This document shows, piece by piece, positions 56,353 through 60,613 of a DNA stretch of 60,613 nucleotides (position 1 is the first letter of the stretch; the number at the start of each line of letters is the position of its first letter). The translations under genes and the position numbers were made by a program. The DNA lies in NCBI GenBank assembly GCA_964574765.1, contig CAZNPC010000003.1, positions 1 through 60,613 of the forward strand, read 5' to 3'. The notes beneath the pieces were generated by a model. That model made no database searches. It was not told the DNA's origin and saw only the letters and a list, made by a program, of their open reading frames with translations. The stretch comes from an uncultured Nitrospirales bacterium (GTDB lineage Bacteria > Nitrospirota > Thermodesulfovibrionia > UBA6902 > BMS3Bbin08).

Positions 56353-57069
56353 TCATCTCAACGATCTGGCAATAGTTAAAACGGCTTCCTGGCATTTTTC
56401 CGACGCAAGCCCAATGTCCCATTTTCTCTTATCTCTAACGCCCGCAATATTACTTATGCCCCTTATCTCGATCATCGGGATCCTGTAAATCGCGCAGACG
56501 TGCGCAACTGCCGCGCCTTCCATATTTTCGCAGACGGCATTAAACCGTTTTTTTAGTGCCTTTGCCATTTTTTTCGTTCCGGATACCGCGGACACGGTAA
56601 CAAAAGCGCCCGGCCTTACCCCGGCAACGCGGTTCAGGGCCTTAACCGCCCGCGCAAAGAGTTTTTTATCCAGAGGGAATTCATTAAAATATTTTGTCTT
56701 CCCGATTTGCGCTAATGGAATTCCGGTTTCTTTTAACCCTGCCCAGCCTCTGGCGGTTATTACTCCGTCGTCGCATATTTCCTTTGTCGCCACTGAAATA
56801 TCTCCTGTCGCAAGATTAGAGTCAGGAAAGGCTCCGCCGATTCCGAAATTGATTATTCTCCCGATGTCAAAACGTTCAATAACAGCGGTTGCTGCGAGCG
56901 ATGCGTTAACTTTTCCCATGCCGGTATTCACCAGCAGGACATTTCGGCTGTACAGTCTGCCCCTGTAAGCGGTTTTTCCGGCAATCCCTGTCTTTCGACC
57001 GCTTTTCAGGCAGGCCAGGATCTTGTCTGATTCAAAGGGCATGGATGATAAAAGGGCAAGCAATTTCAT
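56353..57069 (-). CDS. PNP_UDP_1-family nucleosidase, futalosine hydrolase (MqnB)-like
   Basis: NTGMGKVNA, FGIGGAF, CENMEGAAVAHVC. About 238 aa from MKLLALLSS. Confidence 0.55.
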   Translation of the reverse strand: MKLLALLSSMPFESDKILACLKSGRKTGIAGKTAYRGRLYSRNVLLVNTGMGKVNASLAATAVIERFDIGRIINFGIGGAFPDSNLATGDISVATKEICDDGVITARGWAGLKETGIPLAQIGKTKYFNEFPLDKKLFARAVKALNRVAGVRPGAFVTVSAVSGTKKMAKALKKRFNAVCENMEGAAVAHVCAIYRIPMIEIRGISNIAGVRDKRKWDIGLASEKCQEAVLTIARSLR

Positions 57070-57144
57070 GGCTTCAAATGTATTATAATACAAAAAACAT
57101 AGATAGCGCCTATAAATATAATAAGCATTTCCCGGAGGCTGGCT

Positions 57145-57864
57145 ATGCATATTGTTTTAGGCAGATGGACACAGGACAGGCTGAACAATTTGATGCGTGA
57201 ATCCCTGGATATAACAGACGCGGGAGAGCGGATAAAATTTCTTTCACGGTTTTTTCTCGGCGTTGATTATAAGGGATCAACGCTGATCGGGGATGCAGAC
57301 AGTCCCGAGTTCTTTGTAATAAACCTTGATAAAGTAGACTGTTTTACATTTATTGACTATATAGAGGCCATGCGGATATCGGTTTCTTTTCCCGAGTTCA
57401 AGGAAAATCTGCAAAAAGTCAGATACCGGGAGGGAAAGATAGAGTTTGAAAACAGAAATCACTTTTTTACTGACTGGATAGACTTCAATGATAATTTGAT
57501 AACCGATGTGACCGATCAGGTCAGTGATCAGAGAGCTGAAAGCATTACAAAAACACTTAATTTAAAGGAAGACGGTTCATTTTTTATTAACGGCATTCAG
57601 CCGCGGGAAAGAAAAATCTCCTATATCCCCTCTGATGTCCTTGATGAGAGAGTCATCAGCAACTTGAAAACAGGGGATTATGCCGGTATATATTCAAATT
57701 TTCACGGCCTGGACGTTTCACATGTGGGCATTGTTATCAAAGAGGGAAACAACATTTATATAAGGCACGCCTGTTCAGATAAAAAACACAGAAAAGTCCT
57801 TGATCAGGACCTTAATGAATACATGACCCACAAGCCCGGCCTGATCGTCCTTAGGCCAAAATAA
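57145..57864 (+). CDS. DUF1460-like (N-acetylmuramoyl-L-alanine amidase-like) protein
   Basis: FVINLDKVDCFTFIDYIEA...VSHVGIVI pattern (Cys/His papain-like). Adjacent to ampG. Confidence 0.5.
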   Translation: MHIVLGRWTQDRLNNLMRESLDITDAGERIKFLSRFFLGVDYKGSTLIGDADSPEFFVINLDKVDCFTFIDYIEAMRISVSFPEFKENLQKVRYREGKIEFENRNHFFTDWIDFNDNLITDVTDQVSDQRAESITKTLNLKEDGSFFINGIQPRERKISYIPSDVLDERVISNLKTGDYAGIYSNFHGLDVSHVGIVIKEGNNIYIRHACSDKKHRKVLDQDLNEYMTHKPGLIVLRPK

Positions 57865-57866
57865 TA

Positions 57867-59276
57867 ATGTCAACGCGTTCAAACGCCGGAAAGTCGGCTT
57901 ATGCAAGCTGGCTGGAGGCTATAAAGACCTATTGGCGTCCCAGGGTGCGCAGTATGTTTTTTCTGGGGTTTTCTGCCGGGTTGCCATATATGCTCGTATT
58001 TGGAACCCTTTCCCGGCGGCTTCGCGAGGCTGGCATTGAGCGGGCTACTATAGGTTTTATAAGTCTGGTTATGCTGGCTTATGCCTTTAAATGGATATGG
58101 TCCCCTGTCGTTGACCGTGTACCAATTCCACTCCTTACGAAAAGAATGGGCCGCAGACGAAGCTGGATGCTGCTTGCTCAGCTATTCATTATGGTATCTC
58201 TGGCCGGGATGGCCCTTTCAGACCCTCAACAGAATTTATCTGCACTGGTTCTTTTTGCCCTGTTGGCTGCCTTTTCCTCTGCAACACAGGACATATCCAT
58301 TGATGCTTATCGTATTGAGGCCGTAGAAGAAGAGTTACAGGCATCAATGGCTGCGATGTACATGATAGGATATCGGATAGCTATGATCGTATCTTTCTCC
58401 GGCGCCTTCTATGTTGCTGCTTTTTTTGAAATAAGTGAAGGTACATACATGCATTTTTCGTGGATGATGGCCTATGTTTCAATGGCAGGTATGATGCTGG
58501 TCGGCATCGCCACTACATTTCTTATCTCAGAGCCTGAAGTATCAAAAGATTCCCGTACATTATCCCGCGAAGAGCATGTAAAGGATCTGATTGAACGATA
58601 CGCATATATACCAGCTTTTATTCGTAAAGCACTTGATTGGGTCTATAACGCGATAATCAGCCCTTTTCTGGATTTTTTTATACGTTATCGCTGGCACGCA
58701 TTATTAATTATTCTGCTTATAGGAACGTACAGAATTTCTGACATTGTCCTTGGCGTGATGTCTAATGTTTTTTATGTTGATATGGGTTTTTCCAAAATGG
58801 AAGTCGCAAATATAGCCAATATATACGGAACGGTCATGACCCTGCTGGGTGCGGGTCTTGGAGGTATCCTCATGGTACGGCATGGTGTTATGAAAGTTCT
58901 TTTTCTCGGGGCATTGCTTTCTGCCGGCACAAACGTTCTTTTTTCAATGATGTCGGCAATGAGTAAAAGCCTCGTCCTTCTGGCTCTTGTAATATCTGCG
59001 GACAATCTCAGCGCGGGAATTGCAACAGTTGCCTTTATAGCTTACTTATCCAGTCTTACCAATATCTCCTATACCGCGACCCAATATGCTTTATTCAGCT
59101 CTATAATGCTGCTTTTGCCCAAATTTCTTGGCGGCTTTTCCGGCGTGATAGTAGACAAGACAGGATATGGTAACTTTTTTATTTTCACAGCCTTGATCGG
59201 GATTCCGGTATTGATATTAATTATATTAGCTGCCAAATATGTGCCGTCCAGCGGGTATAGAAAACAAGCCCAATGA
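57867..59276 (+). CDS. ampG: AmpG-family muropeptide MFS permease
   Basis: FLGFSAGLPYMLVFGTLSRRLREAG...FKWIWSPVVDR...GRRRSWML. About 14 TM helices. Confidence 0.88.
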   Translation: MSTRSNAGKSAYASWLEAIKTYWRPRVRSMFFLGFSAGLPYMLVFGTLSRRLREAGIERATIGFISLVMLAYAFKWIWSPVVDRVPIPLLTKRMGRRRSWMLLAQLFIMVSLAGMALSDPQQNLSALVLFALLAAFSSATQDISIDAYRIEAVEEELQASMAAMYMIGYRIAMIVSFSGAFYVAAFFEISEGTYMHFSWMMAYVSMAGMMLVGIATTFLISEPEVSKDSRTLSREEHVKDLIERYAYIPAFIRKALDWVYNAIISPFLDFFIRYRWHALLIILLIGTYRISDIVLGVMSNVFYVDMGFSKMEVANIANIYGTVMTLLGAGLGGILMVRHGVMKVLFLGALLSAGTNVLFSMMSAMSKSLVLLALVISADNLSAGIATVAFIAYLSSLTNISYTATQYALFSSIMLLLPKFLGGFSGVIVDKTGYGNFFIFTALIGIPVLILIILAAKYVPSSGYRKQAQ

Positions 59277-59377
59277 AGAATTCTCCCTGGAATTCCAAAG
59301 AAACAGTGTAAATTTTCTTATCGTACTTATTTTTTCAATGATCGATCGTCAACCTGCCTGCTCTATGAGTCGTTGAC

Positions 59378-60067
59378 TCAACAAGTCTTAGACCGGTAGG
59401 CAAGGTTATCAATGTTTCTCAATTGTTCTAACGGGCATCCTTCACATTTCGGCTTTGGTTTGCAGAAATTTTTTCCCAGCTTAACAAACAGGGCGTGAAA
59501 TTCATTGAACATCTGTGTGTCCATAGAAAGATTTTCATGAAAGAGTTCCTGCATTTCATGATATGCTGCTTTTTTTGAAACAAAGCCATGCCTGCTCAGG
59601 ACCCTTTTTGTATAGGCGTCAATAACAAAAACCGGTTTTTCAAGCGCGTAAAGCAGAATTGAATCAGCGGTTTCCGGGCCTATACCGTGCACATCAAGCA
59701 GTTTTGGCCGCAGGGACTGCATATCCTCAGCCCCCATCTTTTTCATACTGCCCCTGTACCGGTCCCTGAGAAAATCCAGAAAAGACCTTATCCTTTTAGC
59801 CTTAACATTAAAATACCCGGCTGGTTTGATAAGGGAGGCAAGCTGTTTACTGTTCAGTCTGTGAAGTGCTGCTGCGTTTAAGGCCTTATGGCTTTTTAGG
59901 TTGTTTATGGCCTTTTCCACATTCCCCCAGTTTGTGTTCTGCGTCAGGATTGCACCGATGGCAACTTCAAAAGGCGTGTCGCCGGGCCACCAGTGCTGCG
60001 GACCAAAGGCTTTGTACAGGGCACGATATATTTTGCCTAAAATCTTTTTATGTGCTTTTTTGCCCAT
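59378..60067 (-). CDS. Endonuclease III-related HhH-GPD protein
   Basis: ILTQNTNW, the HhH LLDVHGIGPETADSILLYA, and a C-terminal Cys cluster CKPKPKCEGC. Confidence 0.8.
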   Translation of the reverse strand: MGKKAHKKILGKIYRALYKAFGPQHWWPGDTPFEVAIGAILTQNTNWGNVEKAINNLKSHKALNAAALHRLNSKQLASLIKPAGYFNVKAKRIRSFLDFLRDRYRGSMKKMGAEDMQSLRPKLLDVHGIGPETADSILLYALEKPVFVIDAYTKRVLSRHGFVSKKAAYHEMQELFHENLSMDTQMFNEFHALFVKLGKNFCKPKPKCEGCPLEQLRNIDNLAYRSKTC

Positions 60068-60087
60068 TTACAGCTTGGTTTAAAATA

Positions 60088-60114
60088 GTTCAAAGTAGCT
60101 CAAAATTGTTCAAA
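60088..60114. repeat. Three 10-bp-phased direct repeats GTTCAAA/GCTCAAA/GTTCAAA
   Basis: GTTCAAAgtaGCTCAAAattGTTCAAA, located 21-47 nt upstream (gene sense) of the EndoIII-related start. Confidence 0.5.
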
Positions 60115-60159
60115 TTTAAACTATGAGGAACTACGTTAAACAATATTGAACTTTTTGTT

Positions 60160-60501
60160 TTACCCCGGCGGCCATAGCATAGGCCTGCCCCCGAGCATGT
60201 GGAGGTGAATATGAAATACTGTCTGCCCTGCTTCGCTGTTGCAGTTCATCACAAGCCTGAAGCCCCTGTCCGCGATATTTCTGTCCCTGGAAATATTGCC
60301 CGCTACCTGGATCATGTGGCCGACCAGGGTATTGTCTTCGGGGTCTATTTCAAGCACTGTTGAAATATGTTTTTTCGGCACAACAAGCACATGTACCGGT
60401 GCCTGCGGGGTAACATCCTCAAACGCGATTACTTTTTCATCCTCAAAAATGATATTGGAAGGTATCTTCTTTTCAATTATCTTGCAGAACAGACAATCCA
60501 T
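60160..60501 (-). CDS. HIT-family (histidine triad) nucleotide hydrolase
   Basis: MDCLFCKII N-terminus and the HIHLHMLGG triad. Start taken at MDCLF (113 aa). Confidence 0.9.
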   Translation of the reverse strand: MDCLFCKIIEKKIPSNIIFEDEKVIAFEDVTPQAPVHVLVVPKKHISTVLEIDPEDNTLVGHMIQVAGNISRDRNIADRGFRLVMNCNSEAGQTVFHIHLHMLGGRPMLWPPG

Positions 60502-60613
60502 GATATCTCCTTTCCCGGTTATTAAAATATACGGGCCGTACTGTTTCCTTTTTACAGATTCTCTATTATAATAGAAAACCATGCAAATGAAGTATTACTC
60601 AATCCATGACCTG

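Overview
This 60.6-kb window is mostly core chromosome from a diderm (Gram-negative-type) bacterium. I cannot assign a taxon from sequence alone.

Gene content, left to right:
- 3' end of an outer-membrane beta-barrel gene
- yebC-ruvCAB
- queH-spoIID-queA
- phoH-pgpH-ybeY-dgkA/PAP2
- an amino-acid ABC importer without a binding protein
- glk-lepA-lepB
- a small membrane protein coupled to ribE-ribBA-ribH-nusB
- a metallophosphoesterase
- purB, purC, single-chain purL, purF
- a ~10.7-kb AT-rich surface island (29.0-39.7 kb)
- an orphan type IV pilin gene with a 586-nt AT-rich upstream region
- a peptide-type ABC importer (binding protein plus two permeases, no ATPases)
- pyrE, atpI/atpZ-like genes, uppP, ftsK, lolA, a yibQ-like gene
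- a complete tolQ-tolR-tolA-tolB-pal-ybgF cluster followed by an outer-membrane barrel gene
- an mqnB-like gene, a DUF1460 gene, ampG, an EndoIII-related gene and a HIT gene

The AT-rich island has two parts. On the minus strand is a GT-C/TPR, UbiA, GT2, GT2, methyltransferase, GT9 operon. On the plus strand is a transglutaminase-like, ABC ATPase, large permease operon.

I found no tRNA, rRNA, CRISPR array, transposase, integrase, phage gene or recognisable defence system. I did not find a convincing new multi-gene system. The observations most worth follow-up are:
1. A dispersed family of short repeats with a TCTGTG core. Units show 7- or 10-bp phasing, and one pair is a 23-nt exact inverted match 7.4 kb apart. 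In several cases they sit where a Shine-Dalgarno sequence should be. Related non-triplet tandem arrays lie inside purL and tolB.
2. A GC-rich palindromic in-frame insertion in the GT9 gene.
3. A UbiA plus TMTC-like GT-C/TPR periplasmic glycosylation module close to the pilin gene.
4. Two clearly coding genes (phoH and the barrel gene after ybgF) that lack any ATG, GTG or TTG start.

All functional calls come from motif recognition by eye. No database searches were run.
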